A stretch of DNA of 59,686 bases from Sulfurimonas sp. (GCA_024513425.1 JANEIH010000001.1:1-59686), one strand, 5' to 3'; positions 32,780-42,881 are shown, numbered from the stretch's first letter. Numbers and translations are program-made. The notes: generated from the sequence alone by a model not told the origin.

Positions 32780-33763
32780 ATGGTAAAAAAAATCTTATTT
32801 ACAATAGTTCTTGCTTTTAATATTCAGGCAAATGAGACAACGAAAGTCGATACATTAGTATTGAGCGGTCCAATGGCATCAGTAAGTCATCCACTTTTAA
32901 GAATGATAGATAGCGGTGCTTTAAAAGATGTTGCGAAAAATGTAAAGTTTGTTATGTGGAAATCACCCGATGAGCTTCGAGCTTTAACACTTCGCGGTAA
33001 GGCAAATTTTATAGCTGTTCCTACCAATGTAGCTGCAAATCTTTACAACAAAGGTGTCGATATAAAACTGCAAAATGTTTCTGTATGGGGAATATTGGGG
33101 ATGCTGACAAGAGATAAAAATAAAAAAACTCTTGCTGATTTTAAAGGGTGTGAAATAGTAATGCCTTTTCGTGGAGATATGCCAGATATAGTTTTTCAAG
33201 AAATAGCAAAAAAAGAGGGATTTGATCCTAAAAAAGATTTTAAAATCCAATATGTAAGCTCCCCAATTGATGCTATGCAGATGCTTATAATGAGACGCGT
33301 TGATAATGCACTTTTAGTAGAGCCTGCTATCTCTATGGCTTTGAGAAAAACACACTCTTTTCCACTCAAGCTTATAGCACCCGATCTATATAGAAGTGCA
33401 GATTTGCAAAAAGAGTGGGGAGAAGTTTTTTATGTGAAAGGGAAAATCCCACAAGCAGGTATGGCAACTATCGGAAAGGTAGATCCTTATATCGTAAAAC
33501 GATTTAATAAAGAGTATGCAAAAGCTCTTACATGGTACAAAACACACCCGCAAGAAGCGGGAAAATTAGTAAATAAATATATTCCCATGTTAACGCCAGA
33601 AGCTGTGGCAGATAGTATTGGCTATGTGCAACTCAATGATGTTAGTGCCAAAGATGCGAAAAAAGATTTAGAGTTCTTTTTTAATGTCCTAAAAAACAAT
33701 AATCCAAAGATTATTGGTGGAAAACTTCCTAGCAGTGGATTTTATCATACAGATTCCAAATAG
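32780..33763 (+). CDS. NitT/TauT-type ABC transporter substrate-binding protein (orphan)
   Basis: Signal peptide; PTNVAANLYNKG, ALLVEPA, IPQAG, IGGKLP; no permease or ATPase next to it. Confidence 0.85.
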   Translation: MVKKILFTIVLAFNIQANETTKVDTLVLSGPMASVSHPLLRMIDSGALKDVAKNVKFVMWKSPDELRALTLRGKANFIAVPTNVAANLYNKGVDIKLQNVSVWGILGMLTRDKNKKTLADFKGCEIVMPFRGDMPDIVFQEIAKKEGFDPKKDFKIQYVSSPIDAMQMLIMRRVDNALLVEPAISMALRKTHSFPLKLIAPDLYRSADLQKEWGEVFYVKGKIPQAGMATIGKVDPYIVKRFNKEYAKALTWYKTHPQEAGKLVNKYIPMLTPEAVADSIGYVQLNDVSAKDAKKDLEFFFNVLKNNNPKIIGGKLPSSGFYHTDSK

Positions 33764-33779
33764 CAACTCTCAGAAATAT

Positions 33780-34550
33780 CTACTTTAAGTATATTTTTGC
33801 ATTTATAACTTCAATATCACCATTGAGCTCAGCTTCAAAAACCCTATTTGGAAACTTTTTTAAAGCTTCATCATAACTTGGATTCATTTTACAAAACTTT
33901 AAAAAATCATCACATTTTTTTTCTTCAATCTCTCCAAACTTTTTAACAAACTCATCAATATCATAAATAGCTTTAGCAATCCCTTGTTCTAATAACTTGT
34001 TTGTTGCATTACTTTCACCTATTCTATGAGGCAGTACATAAATTTCTTTACCCATTTTCTGAGCATATTCAACACTTCTCATAGTTCCAGAATTTTCATC
34101 TCCATACATCACTATCAATACTTCACCAAGTGCCACTATAAGTTCATTGCGAAGTGGAAAATTATATCTTTGAGAGGGAGTACCTATTTTAAATTGACTT
34201 AAAACTAAACCATCTTTTTCTATTGCGTGTATCACATTTTTATTAACTGCAGGGTAGTGCTTATCGAGTCCTGTTCCTGCTACCATTATGGTATTTTGCA
34301 TACCTGCTGCCTTGTGAGCAATAACATCTGTCCCAATTGCACCGCCACTTACTATACACAAATCAGCTCGCGCTAGTTTAGATGCAATCTCATGAGTTAA
34401 TTGTCTTGCATATTGATTTGGCTTACGACTTCCCACAATAGATATTTTTTTCCTATTGAGCAATTCAATATTTCCTTTGAAAAACAATTCGTCAGGATAT
34501 TTTTTCATCGACTTCAATTCTAGTACAGAAGTATTTATTTTTGATATCAT
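33780..34550 (-). CDS. dprA: DNA-processing protein DprA
   Basis: IVGSR, VSGGAIGTD, FPLRNE, SGT; ATG at 34550 preferred. Confidence 0.95.
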   Translation of the reverse strand: MISKINTSVLELKSMKKYPDELFFKGNIELLNRKKISIVGSRKPNQYARQLTHEIASKLARADLCIVSGGAIGTDVIAHKAAGMQNTIMVAGTGLDKHYPAVNKNVIHAIEKDGLVLSQFKIGTPSQRYNFPLRNELIVALGEVLIVMYGDENSGTMRSVEYAQKMGKEIYVLPHRIGESNATNKLLEQGIAKAIYDIDEFVKKFGEIEEKKCDDFLKFCKMNPSYDEALKKFPNRVFEAELNGDIEVINAKIYLK

Positions 34551-34630
34551 ATTTAATTTCTGTTTATTAAGCCACTTGCAAATTCGATCCATCTCAAGTG
34601 ACTAATTTCCCCTTATGGTATTTTTTAAGT

Positions 34631-35689
34631 TTACAAACTAAATATTAGCACTATAGTCACTTTGTTGTTTTTATCAATTGTCATATGATATTTAACTTTC
34701 AACAGTTTTAATAGTTTTGAAACTATATGAAGCCCTATGCCTAAGCCTCTATTACCCTCTTTATAAAATCTATTAAATACATTATTTATATTTTTAATTC
34801 CATAACTAGAATTTTCTATAATCAATTTTTTGTTTTTATATGTTATATTTATAAATCCATCACTAGTATTATATTTGCAGGCATTATTTAGTAAATTATA
34901 AACCACTCTATTTAGCATATATCTATCTGTTAAAATAATATCATCTTGTATATTAATATTCCATTGTATATATTCATATAAATTACTAAAAAATAAATAT
35001 TGCTCATTTACAATCTCTTCTATATCGCACGCCTGTAGATTGAGAGCTATCTCATTTGTATAGTTGTCTAAATTTTTATGCAACATCTCTAGAGTATTTA
35101 TGCTGTGAGAAATTGAATCTATCTCTTCGGTTTTATCATCTATCAAACTAATATTTAATTTCATAGCACTAATGGGGGTATTTATATCGTGAACTATATC
35201 TTTCATAAACTCTTTTAACACTAGATACGATTTTTGTAAAGGATATAAAGAGTAGTGAGCAAATAAAAATGATATAAAAAAAGAGATTAGGCTAAAAATA
35301 AAAAAATGTAATAATAGATTTTTATATATCAGTTTTAAACTATTATCGTATTTGATTTTTGAATATGTGATTTTTAATATAGAATTTTCTTGATTGTTTA
35401 TATTTGTTAAGATGTAGAGATATTTATTATCTCTTTTTAATTCATATAGTGGCTGATTTTTTTTATCAATTATATCAATATTAAATTCATCTCCTTTAAA
35501 GAAATAACTATAATTTTTCATTTTTAAAAATATATTCTCTTTTAGATGCTCCTTTTGTACTATTGCATTATTATAAAATATTATACTTAGCAATATCTCT
35601 ATGACTATAAAAAACAATAAAAAACTTTTAAAAAAAGATTCTTTTTCGATAAATATTGTATTTTTTATACTATTTAAGCTTATAACCAA
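34631..35689 (-). CDS. Sensor histidine kinase (CrdS/DccS-like)
   Basis: 2 TM around a periplasmic domain, DIVHDINTPI, NLLNNACKY, GLGIGL. Confidence 0.92.
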   Translation of the reverse strand: MVISLNSIKNTIFIEKESFFKSFLLFFIVIEILLSIIFYNNAIVQKEHLKENIFLKMKNYSYFFKGDEFNIDIIDKKNQPLYELKRDNKYLYILTNINNQENSILKITYSKIKYDNSLKLIYKNLLLHFFIFSLISFFISFLFAHYSLYPLQKSYLVLKEFMKDIVHDINTPISAMKLNISLIDDKTEEIDSISHSINTLEMLHKNLDNYTNEIALNLQACDIEEIVNEQYLFFSNLYEYIQWNINIQDDIILTDRYMLNRVVYNLLNNACKYNTSDGFINITYKNKKLIIENSSYGIKNINNVFNRFYKEGNRGLGIGLHIVSKLLKLLKVKYHMTIDKNNKVTIVLIFSL

Positions 35690-36299
35690 CTCCCCTTATG
35701 CTTTGAATATCAATAGTAGCTTTTTGTTTTAATTTTGCTATATTTACTCTTAAAGCTATATTGGATGATGATTCTAAAAATAGCATCAACTCGTCTGTTG
35801 TAACTAAATTTGGATACGATTTTAATAAAGATATAAATATCTCCTTGAGAGTTTTTGATAATATCAGCTCTTTACCTTTGTGTAAAATCTTATCCTCATC
35901 TACTAACAATTCATACTCTTTGTATTTAATAGTTTTGATAAGTTGATTTGTTTTTGCCTTTATTCTTAATAGTAACTCTTGTGGTTCAAATGGTTTTTTA
36001 ATATAATCATCAGCCCCACTTACAAACCCTTTTGTAACAGATTGAATATCAACCAATGCAGAGAGTAATATGCAAGGTGTTTTATTGCCAGATTGCCTTA
36101 GAGCAAGCAGCAAATCATCCCCATTAAATCTAGGGACATTTATATCAAATAGATACAAATCATAGTTATTATCATACGATAAACCAGATGCCTCATCTCC
36201 ATCTTTTGCCCAAGTTACTTCATAATTATTTTTAGTTAAAAACCTAATCAACGATTTTGCAATTAATGGATCATCTTCTAATAATAATATTTTATTCAA
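35670..36299 (-). CDS. OmpR-family response regulator
   Basis: LLEDD, FDINVP, DDYIKKPF, SIRGVGYKL. Confidence 0.93.
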   Translation of the reverse strand: MNKILLLEDDPLIAKSLIRFLTKNNYEVTWAKDGDEASGLSYDNNYDLYLFDINVPRFNGDDLLLALRQSGNKTPCILLSALVDIQSVTKGFVSGADDYIKKPFEPQELLLRIKAKTNQLIKTIKYKEYELLVDEDKILHKGKELILSKTLKEIFISLLKSYPNLVTTDELMLFLESSSNIALRVNIAKLKQKATIDIQSIRGVGYKLK

Positions 36300-37065
36300 A
36301 ACTAACTCCTAAACCAATATATATATCATAACTATTGCCGTTGATAATATCCTTTGAATAGGTAGCACTAAAATAATAGTTATTGTTTATATAATATTCT
36401 GCTTCAAAATCTATATTTTTATATGCATTGGTATCTTGTCTGTATGAGCCATCATTTAAATACAATAATGTAAAATTAAAATCACTTTTTTCATACGATA
36501 CTCCAATAGTGTAGTCAAAATAATTTCCATTGTCTATCCCATCTGAATTACCACTTATATTATATAAAATAGAACCTGTATAAGTTATATATTTAGTAGG
36601 AAAATTATAGTTTATTGATAGCATATAGTCATTTAATTTATTTGGTAGATACTCACTTCCATCAGCATATTTTACCCCAATATAAGTTTGTACCAAATTG
36701 GTATAAAAATTAAATTGATACCCAATATTAAAATATGTATCACTAATATTATTTTGAGATTCTATGTTAAAAATACTTTTTTGTCCATTAAATAGATAGT
36801 TGTTATATCTGTAGGCTATATAAATTTCATTTGATATAGTAATATCATCTGATTTTTTTAAAATACCATATTCATATTCCAGATTGATACTGCCATAATA
36901 TACCATATCTGCAGGACAACCAGTTTCATCAACAATATATAAAAAAGGCGTATTTAAACATTTATCATAAATATCATCAACACCATCCAAGTCATTATCT
37001 ACCATTGCAAATAGGTCTATTATTAAAATTATATGAAGAAATATATATTTAATGATTTTTTCCAC
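36292..37065 (-). CDS. Outer-membrane beta-barrel-like protein with an N-terminal TSP3-type Ca-binding repeat
   Basis: Signal peptide, DNDLDGVDDIYDKCLNTP...VDETGC, Tyr-rich alternating strands, ends GLGVSFE. Confidence 0.75.
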   Translation of the reverse strand: MEKIIKYIFLHIILIIDLFAMVDNDLDGVDDIYDKCLNTPFLYIVDETGCPADMVYYGSINLEYEYGILKKSDDITISNEIYIAYRYNNYLFNGQKSIFNIESQNNISDTYFNIGYQFNFYTNLVQTYIGVKYADGSEYLPNKLNDYMLSINYNFPTKYITYTGSILYNISGNSDGIDNGNYFDYTIGVSYEKSDFNFTLLYLNDGSYRQDTNAYKNIDFEAEYYINNNYYFSATYSKDIINGNSYDIYIGLGVSFE

Positions 37066-37354
37066 CTTTTTGCCTGTGGATATCTTTTTGCCTGTGGATA
37101 TCTTCTTGCCTGTGAACCTGCATTGTAGTTCTATATTTATGGGTTCTGTTGCGTGAATGTTGCATATTTTGCAACTTGCTTATTGTTTGCAATCTATGTG
37201 TCTCATTCATATGTCTGAGTTTTAATTTTAATCTATTTATCAACTCTCTTTTTTGGGATGGTTGTGCTTTTTTTATATTATTTAATAATTGTTTTATCTC
37301 ATCTGCATTAATATAACTTGACAATATCAATGCAAATATAATTATTATTTTCAT
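37049..37354 (-). CDS. Small secreted helical protein (DUF1104-like) with a His/Arg/Gln-rich tail
   Basis: Signal peptide; IKKAQPSQKRELIN; C-terminal HRQxDI repeats. Confidence 0.75.
   Translation of the reverse strand: MKIIIIFALILSSYINADEIKQLLNNIKKAQPSQKRELINRLKLKLRHMNETHRLQTISKLQNMQHSRNRTHKYRTTMQVHRQEDIHRQKDIHRQKGGKNH
37066..37114. repeat. 18-bp coding tandem repeat, about 2.7 copies
   Basis: CTTTTTGCCTGTGGATAT twice plus a partial copy; encodes HRQEDI/HRQKDI/HRQK. Confidence 0.9.
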
Positions 37355-37450
37355 CTTCTCTCTTTTGCTTGTATTGTAAAATTACAACAAAGTATTATTA
37401 ACAAAATGTTACCATAATATAATATGCCCACATAACTGAAGTGTACATAG

Positions 37451-38404
37451 TTAATATATCTTGTTGATTAAGACCAAATCTACATCCTTAAAGAGTTTTT
37501 TTGATTCATAAAGCGCTTGGAGTGTATTTTTATGCGGATGTCCAATGGCTATGGCGTGCCCATGCGCTTTTGCTACGCCGATAGCTTTTTTTATCTGTTT
37601 TTTTACATAGGCTTTATCGTTGTGATGATCCAAAAATATATCTCTTGCAACATACTTAAGCCCAAATTTTTTCAACACTTTAGGTGCTTGTGTTTGTGCA
37701 GTTGTTCGACTATCTACAAAACGAATATGGTTTTTGTTGAGCGCAAAAATCAATCTAGTCATCGCCACTTTATTTGAAGTAAACTTGCTTCCTGTGTGGT
37801 TGTTGATGTAGGCCACTCTAGGGAAAAGCTCCTTTATGTCATGAATACGCTTTAGTATTGTCTGTTGAGAATCTCCAACACGCAAAGTATGAGGCTCTTC
37901 TTTATTAAAATTCATCGCTTCCATCGGAAGATGTACCATATAAAAACGCTCATGAGTAGCTAATTTTGCAGAGTTGGGGCGTGCTGGACTTGGTGGCAAA
38001 AAAGAGATAGTCAAAGGAGTGTTCAAACTTTTAATGGCACGCACTTGTGACTTTGTGCTAACATCATCAATAATGATTGCAAGTTTTGGTTTTGAAAGAT
38101 AAGGTTTTGATCTCTTTTGTGGTATTTTTAGTGGATCTGCCAAAGCTTCATTCTCTATCTCATGAGAAGCAGAGCTATACCTTTTGGACTCTTTTGTAGG
38201 CACCTCTTTTAAACGCTTTTGAACACTCTTTTTTATCTTTTTTTCAGTACCGGATTTTGTCTTCTCTTCTGCGCTGCTAAAGCCAAAATAATATCCAACC
38301 GACAGAGAACTTAAAGCCAATGCAATAAGTGCAAGCGCCCATGTAATATAGTTTAATAGTTTAGAACTATTATATTTTTTCTTACTTCTTTTTTGTTTTG
38401 CCAT
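37451..38404 (-). CDS. Divergent polysaccharide deacetylase family protein
   Basis: N-terminal TM, LAIIIDD, HLPME, NNHTGS, FVDSRT, RDIFLD, AIGHP. Confidence 0.93.
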   Translation of the reverse strand: MAKQKRSKKKYNSSKLLNYITWALALIALALSSLSVGYYFGFSSAEEKTKSGTEKKIKKSVQKRLKEVPTKESKRYSSASHEIENEALADPLKIPQKRSKPYLSKPKLAIIIDDVSTKSQVRAIKSLNTPLTISFLPPSPARPNSAKLATHERFYMVHLPMEAMNFNKEEPHTLRVGDSQQTILKRIHDIKELFPRVAYINNHTGSKFTSNKVAMTRLIFALNKNHIRFVDSRTTAQTQAPKVLKKFGLKYVARDIFLDHHNDKAYVKKQIKKAIGVAKAHGHAIAIGHPHKNTLQALYESKKLFKDVDLVLINKIY

Positions 38405-38584
38405 CTTAAAACTTTTATCAAATTTTTGAAACTATATCTTAAAAATATTAAATAAAGAATTTTATTGCATTTTGTCATTTATTAATTAGATCTATCTTGC
38501 AAAATTTAAAAACTACCTTTTTGTAACGATTTAAAAAGAGTTGATGTGGATAATTTTATGTGCTTGTTTTAAGTAATAATTCTG

Positions 38585-38690
38585 TATAATTGCGTGTTCC
38601 TTTCTCTTTGTAACTTCATTTAGAAGCTATATTTAGATCCGAAAGGGAAACAAAAGCCTGCAAACAGGCATACCAAGAGGAGATCATACT
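38585..38690 (+). promoter_or_regulatory. rpsF promoter and structured leader, S6:S18-leader-like
   Basis: TATAAT at 38585; TTCCTTTC pairs with GAAAGGGAA, which is preceded by CCG; second hairpin GCCTG-CAAA-CAGGC before the RBS. Confidence 0.6.
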
Positions 38691-38692
38691 AT

Positions 38693-39097
38693 ATGAGAAA
38701 CTACGAAAACCTAGTAATCGTAAAACCTACATTTACTGCTGAAGAGATTCAAGCATCTGTAAAAAATGTTGAAGAGATAATAACTTCTAATGGCGGCAAA
38801 ATCGCAGCTTCAGACGCAATGGGAATGAGAAAACTTGCATACCCAATCGAAAAAAGCGAACGCGGTTATTACCATGTAATCTACTACTCAGTAGAGCCAT
38901 CTGCAATTTCCGAAATTGAAAGACGCTTCCGCATCAATGAAGATCTGCTTCGTTTTGTAACTATCAAGTATAGTACAAATCGTGAAGTAGCTGCGTGGAA
39001 CGGTTTAGTTGAAAAAGTGAAAAAAACAACAGCAACTCCGGCAAAAGAAGAGACTCCCACAGAGGAAGCTCCAAAAACAGAAGCAGAAGCTGAGTAA
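38693..39097 (+). CDS. rpsF: 30S ribosomal protein S6
   Basis: MRNYE, GMRKLAYPI, LLRF. Confidence 0.97.
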   Translation: MRNYENLVIVKPTFTAEEIQASVKNVEEIITSNGGKIAASDAMGMRKLAYPIEKSERGYYHVIYYSVEPSAISEIERRFRINEDLLRFVTIKYSTNREVAAWNGLVEKVKKTTATPAKEETPTEEAPKTEAEAE

Positions 39098-39128
39098 TAG
39101 CGCCAAGCTATAAAAAGAAGGGAAATCT

Positions 39129-39629
39129 ATGTTTAACAAGATAATTTTAGTTGGTAACTTAACACGCGATATTGAACTACGCTACTCCCAAGGCGGTATG
39201 GGGATTGCAAAAACTGCAATCGCAACAAGCCGTAAGTTTACTAGCAATGGTGAAAAAAAAGAGGAAGTATGTTTTGTAGATATTACTTTCTTTGGAAGAA
39301 GTGCTGAAGTTGCAAACCAATACTTACGCAAGGGGAGCAAAATCCTTGTAGAGGGAAGATTAAACTTTGAACAATGGGTTGACCAAAATGGACAGAAAAG
39401 ATCAAAACACTCTGTAATCGTTGAAACAATGCAGATGCTTGACTCACGCAGTGATTCTCAAGGCAGGTACAATAATGCACCGGCGCAAACTGAACCACAA
39501 AGCTATCAGGCACCGCAACAACAACAGCAGTCATCATATGCATCACCGGCACAGGAGCAGAGCCGTCAAATGCCAAGCCCAGCTGATGTGCCTGTAATTG
39601 ACATTGATGAAGATGAAATTCCATTTTAG
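39129..39629 (+). CDS. ssb: Single-stranded DNA-binding protein
   Basis: [14 protein letters not shown]-rich linker, DEIPF tail. Confidence 0.98.
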   Translation: MFNKIILVGNLTRDIELRYSQGGMGIAKTAIATSRKFTSNGEKKEEVCFVDITFFGRSAEVANQYLRKGSKILVEGRLNFEQWVDQNGQKRSKHSVIVETMQMLDSRSDSQGRYNNAPAQTEPQSYQAPQQQQQSSYASPAQEQSRQMPSPADVPVIDIDEDEIPF

Positions 39630-39655
39630 AAAAAATAGATACAAAAGGTAATAAC

Positions 39656-39919
39656 ATGTCAGAAAAAAGAAAATACAAAAAAAGATACTGTAAATATTGT
39701 GAAGCCAAAGTTGACTTCATAGATTATAAAGATGTAGCAAACCTACGCTTTTCACTTTCAGAGAGATATAAAATCATGCCGCGTCGTTTAACAGGTAACT
39801 GTAAACGCCATCAAGATATGATCTCTACCGTAATCAAACGCGCTCGTGCGGCAGCGTTCGTACCATATGTTGTCACTCGTAAAAAAGTTATAACAGCACC
39901 TTTTGAAAACCTAAAATAA
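39656..39919 (+). CDS. rpsR: 30S ribosomal protein S18
   Basis: [25 protein letters not shown]. Confidence 0.98.
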   Translation: MSEKRKYKKRYCKYCEAKVDFIDYKDVANLRFSLSERYKIMPRRLTGNCKRHQDMISTVIKRARAAAFVPYVVTRKKVITAPFENLK

Positions 39920-40016
39920 GGTTTTCTTCGGTGCCTTGGCATCACTTACAAATTTAATTTAGCTTAAATTGTAGGTTGTTTTTTAGGAACTGCAAGCAAC
40001 TTAAAAGGATACATTT

Positions 40017-40325
40017 ATGGGTATATACACCAAAGAAGAACTCTTTAAGGCAATATCAATAGTGATTGACCCAGAGGTGGGATTTAACCTTGTTGAAATG
40101 GGACTTATCTATGGTGCAAGCAGTGATGATGAGGGAAATATTAAAGTAACTATGACACTCTCAACAAAAGCGTGCCCTCTCCATCAGATGATACTACAGT
40201 GGGTAAAAGAGGCTGTAGAAAAACTGCCAAATGTCAAAGAAGTAGATGTTGAAGTAGTCTGGGAGCCCGAGTGGAATATCTCAATGGCTGATGATAATGT
40301 CAAAAAAGCGTTGGGAGCTCTATAA
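40017..40325 (+). CDS. Metal-sulfur cluster assembly factor (DUF59/SufT-like)
   Basis: DPEVGFNLVEMGLIY, TKACP, VWEPEW. Confidence 0.92.
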   Translation: MGIYTKEELFKAISIVIDPEVGFNLVEMGLIYGASSDDEGNIKVTMTLSTKACPLHQMILQWVKEAVEKLPNVKEVDVEVVWEPEWNISMADDNVKKALGAL

Positions 40326-40340
40326 AAATAGAGGAGTATT

Positions 40341-40634
40341 TTACTCTCTATTTGTATGTTCTAAATAGCTCTTTTTAATTTCTATAAGTTCATAGAGTGA
40401 CACTTTAGGCATTGCCTCTTTTATGAGCTTATCTGTTTCTTCATATTTTCCTTGCATCTTTTTGATTTCACTGTATGCTTTTGGTTTTACCTCACTTGTA
40501 GCAACCAAGATAACTCCTGTCCAAATGAGTACAATAGCTGTCCATACGATTTTTTTTGCACCTGCATAAACACCGATAAAGTGAAAAATTATAGTGACTA
40601 CAATCCCAATACCAAGTAGTAGTGCAAGACTCAT
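40341..40634 (-). CDS. Small 2-TM hypothetical protein
   Basis: 97 aa; ATGA overlap with the upstream small ORF. Confidence 0.75.
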   Translation of the reverse strand: MSLALLLGIGIVVTIIFHFIGVYAGAKKIVWTAIVLIWTGVILVATSEVKPKAYSEIKKMQGKYEETDKLIKEAMPKVSLYELIEIKKSYLEHTNRE

Positions 40635-40789
40635 AATACTATCCTCTCTCCTTCGGGTTTGATTGTAATGTTTGCATCTTTAAAGAGATGGTCACCAAAG
40701 CTTTTGACACCAAGCGTCCCTATAAGCATCAAAATAATAACCAAGAGCAAAAAAAGAAGTGCCATAGAGTATCTTTTGAATATTTGCAT
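40631..40789 (-). CDS. 52-aa single-TM protein; not in ORF track
   Basis: MQIFKRYSMALLFLLLVIILMLIGTLGVKSFGDHLFKDANITIKPEGERIVL; TGATG overlap upstream and ATGA overlap downstream. Confidence 0.75.
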   Translation of the reverse strand: MQIFKRYSMALLFLLLVIILMLIGTLGVKSFGDHLFKDANITIKPEGERIVL

Positions 40790-41193
40790 CACTGTTTCTT
40801 ATCTTTTTTTGCTTTTGCAGCTATGGGTGCATAATCAACACAGCGAGCTGTATGAAAATCTCTTACATAGTCAGGATTTTTAAAATAATCCCCATCAATA
40901 TGCCATCCAAGCTCTTTTGAAACAAGTACCGATTGTGATATTGTTCTTCTCATTTTATTTTCACAGATGACAGTTTCATTTTTATTGAAAATCTCTTTGA
41001 CACCTTCCATTCGTGCATTTGTAATATAGTAGTGAATACCAATCATAATGGCAAAAATACCAAAAATACCTAATATGCCACGCTTAAAAGCAACATGAGG
41101 CATAAAGTCTCTTGTTGTGACAAAGGCAGTGACTGCTAAGAAAAATAGCATTATCGCTATATATGGAATTTCTAGTTCAAAAAATCTATCCAT
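40789..41193 (-). CDS. 2-TM hypothetical protein with a Cys pair in its soluble domain
   Basis: 134 aa; overlaps the nirDL stop; VICEN...FHTARC. Confidence 0.8.
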   Translation of the reverse strand: MDRFFELEIPYIAIMLFFLAVTAFVTTRDFMPHVAFKRGILGIFGIFAIMIGIHYYITNARMEGVKEIFNKNETVICENKMRRTISQSVLVSKELGWHIDGDYFKNPDYVRDFHTARCVDYAPIAAKAKKDKKQ

Positions 41194-42181
41194 TGTTTTC
41201 CTCCCATTTTTTAAATGCCGGCGTAAAATATTCTATGCGAACTTTTTTAAACTCACGCGAAGAGTAGAGCGGCATATGAGACTTGGACTCTATCTCATCT
41301 GCCATCTCTTTGATAATAGCGTTTGTCTCTTCTGTAGTTTTTCCATGAACCATTGTAAAAAGATTGTATGGCCAATTTGGATATTTTGGTCGCAGATAAC
41401 AGTGCGATACTGCAGAAAATGCAGCAGCTTTTTCTCCGATACTCTCTCCATTTTCCTCATCAACATCCCAGACAACCATCGCATTTGCATTGAAACCGGC
41501 TTCACGATGATTGAGAATTGATGCAAAGCGTCTCATAATTCCTGCGTTTTGCAACTCCTGTAAGATGGAGAAGAGTGTATTATAGTCAATGTTTAGCTCA
41601 TCTACAATCTTTTTAAAAGGCTCACTGACAAATTCGATGTCATACTGAGCCCTCAAGATAATATCATGATGCAGTGGCGTGAGCTCTATCTTTTTGTGAA
41701 CGACTTTTTTAACACTCTCCTTTTTCTCATCTTTTCCCGTGGTATTGAGCTTTACATTGATTTTAAAGAGTTTGAGTGTCGGAAGTATGATATAATCTTC
41801 AGTCTCTGTCAATTTTGCTAGAATTTCTATGGTTTTTTTAAGTCCCAAAGTAGAGTCAGGTGCAACAGCCATCGTAAACCAGATGTTAAAATCATGATCT
41901 CTTTCATAATTGTGTGAAACACCGGGATGAGCATTGATAACTTTTACGGCAACATCTATCTTCTCTTTTGGAATTTTAAAAGCTACAAGTGATGATTTAT
42001 AGCCCAATCTCTTTGTGTCAAAAATAGCAGAAGTTTGGCGAATAATATTTGCTTTTTTCTCTTCTTGCAAAATTTTCAAAACTTCATCCTCGCTGATACC
42101 AAGTTCATCTGCTATAACGATAAAAGGTTTTGGTACTAAAGGAAACTTCTTTTGAATTCTTGATAATATCTCTTGTTTCAT
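41186..42181 (-). CDS. Fused siroheme decarboxylase (NirDL/AhbAB-like, two Lrp/AsnC units)
   Basis: FPLVPKPF, GVSHNYER and VSHCYLRP...WPYNLFTMVH; lies in the heme d1 cluster. Confidence 0.9.
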   Translation of the reverse strand: MKQEILSRIQKKFPLVPKPFIVIADELGISEDEVLKILQEEKKANIIRQTSAIFDTKRLGYKSSLVAFKIPKEKIDVAVKVINAHPGVSHNYERDHDFNIWFTMAVAPDSTLGLKKTIEILAKLTETEDYIILPTLKLFKINVKLNTTGKDEKKESVKKVVHKKIELTPLHHDIILRAQYDIEFVSEPFKKIVDELNIDYNTLFSILQELQNAGIMRRFASILNHREAGFNANAMVVWDVDEENGESIGEKAAAFSAVSHCYLRPKYPNWPYNLFTMVHGKTTEETNAIIKEMADEIESKSHMPLYSSREFKKVRIEYFTPAFKKWEENNG

Positions 42182-42244
42182 CTACTGTTTTCTTTATTGT
42201 TTATTTGTGTTTGATGATTGTATCCATCTTTATATAAATTTAAA

Positions 42245-42258
42245 TTGATGTTTGTCAA
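42245..42258. promoter_or_regulatory. Crp/Fnr-family (Nss/DNR-type) box between divergent nirDL and sirC-like genes
   Basis: TTGAT-GTTT-GTCAA fits TTGA-N6-TCAA. Confidence 0.7.
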
Positions 42259-42314
42259 TAAAGTATGGCAATAATATGATATGATTTTATAATCAGCTAA
42301 AAAGAGAGGTATAG

Positions 42315-42881
42315 ATGAGCTATTTTCCAGCTTTTTTAAAATTGGATGATAAAAAGATTTTAATTGTAGGCGGTGGTAATATTGCTTATGAGAAGTTAGT
42401 GCATCTTTTAGACTTTACAGATGATATCGATTTGATAGCACAGGAGTTCTCAGATGAGATATTAAAAAAGGTAGAAGAGAATAATCTGCACTTTGAAAAA
42501 AGAGCATATAAAGAGGGTGATATCGCAACATATGCCGTTGTTATCATCGCAGTAGATGATACTTCTCTGCAAGCTGCAGTTTTTGAGGAGTCAAAAAGAT
42601 ATAAATGCTTGTGTAATGCAGTGGATTCAGTAGATTATTGTGATTTTATCTTTCCGGCTTATATAAAAAAAGATGATTTAACCATTGCCGTTTCTACCGC
42701 AGGTGCTTCACCTGCGATGGCAAAGCATTTAAGAAATTATCTGCAAAATTTGATTCCTAAAAATATCTCTACACTCTTGCGTGAAATGCGAAGTCTGCGT
42801 GAGAGTTTGCCAAAAGGCAAAGAGAGAATGAAGATGCTTGATGAAAAAGCAAAAAAATATATACAAAATTGGAGTAAATAA
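42315..42881 (+). CDS. Precorrin-2 dehydrogenase/sirohydrochlorin ferrochelatase (SirC/Met8/CysG-N)
   Basis: VGGGNIA, NAVD, CDFIFPA, AVSTAGASP. Confidence 0.92.
   Translation: MSYFPAFLKLDDKKILIVGGGNIAYEKLVHLLDFTDDIDLIAQEFSDEILKKVEENNLHFEKRAYKEGDIATYAVVIIAVDDTSLQAAVFEESKRYKCLCNAVDSVDYCDFIFPAYIKKDDLTIAVSTAGASPAMAKHLRNYLQNLIPKNISTLLREMRSLRESLPKGKERMKMLDEKAKKYIQNWSK

Noticed and set aside
34570-34603. Imperfect inverted repeat AGCCACTTG...CAAGTGACT as an attC site or IS end
   Set aside because: Single copy, no GTT/AAC core boxes and no partner end; possibly a weak terminator
37424-37452. CACATAACTGAAGTGTACATAGTT at the cassette boundary as an IS1595-like end or attC half
   Set aside because: No matching second end or complementary arm found in the window
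39480-39580. CAA/CAG-rich low-complexity stretch in ssb
   Set aside because: Normal disordered SSB linker
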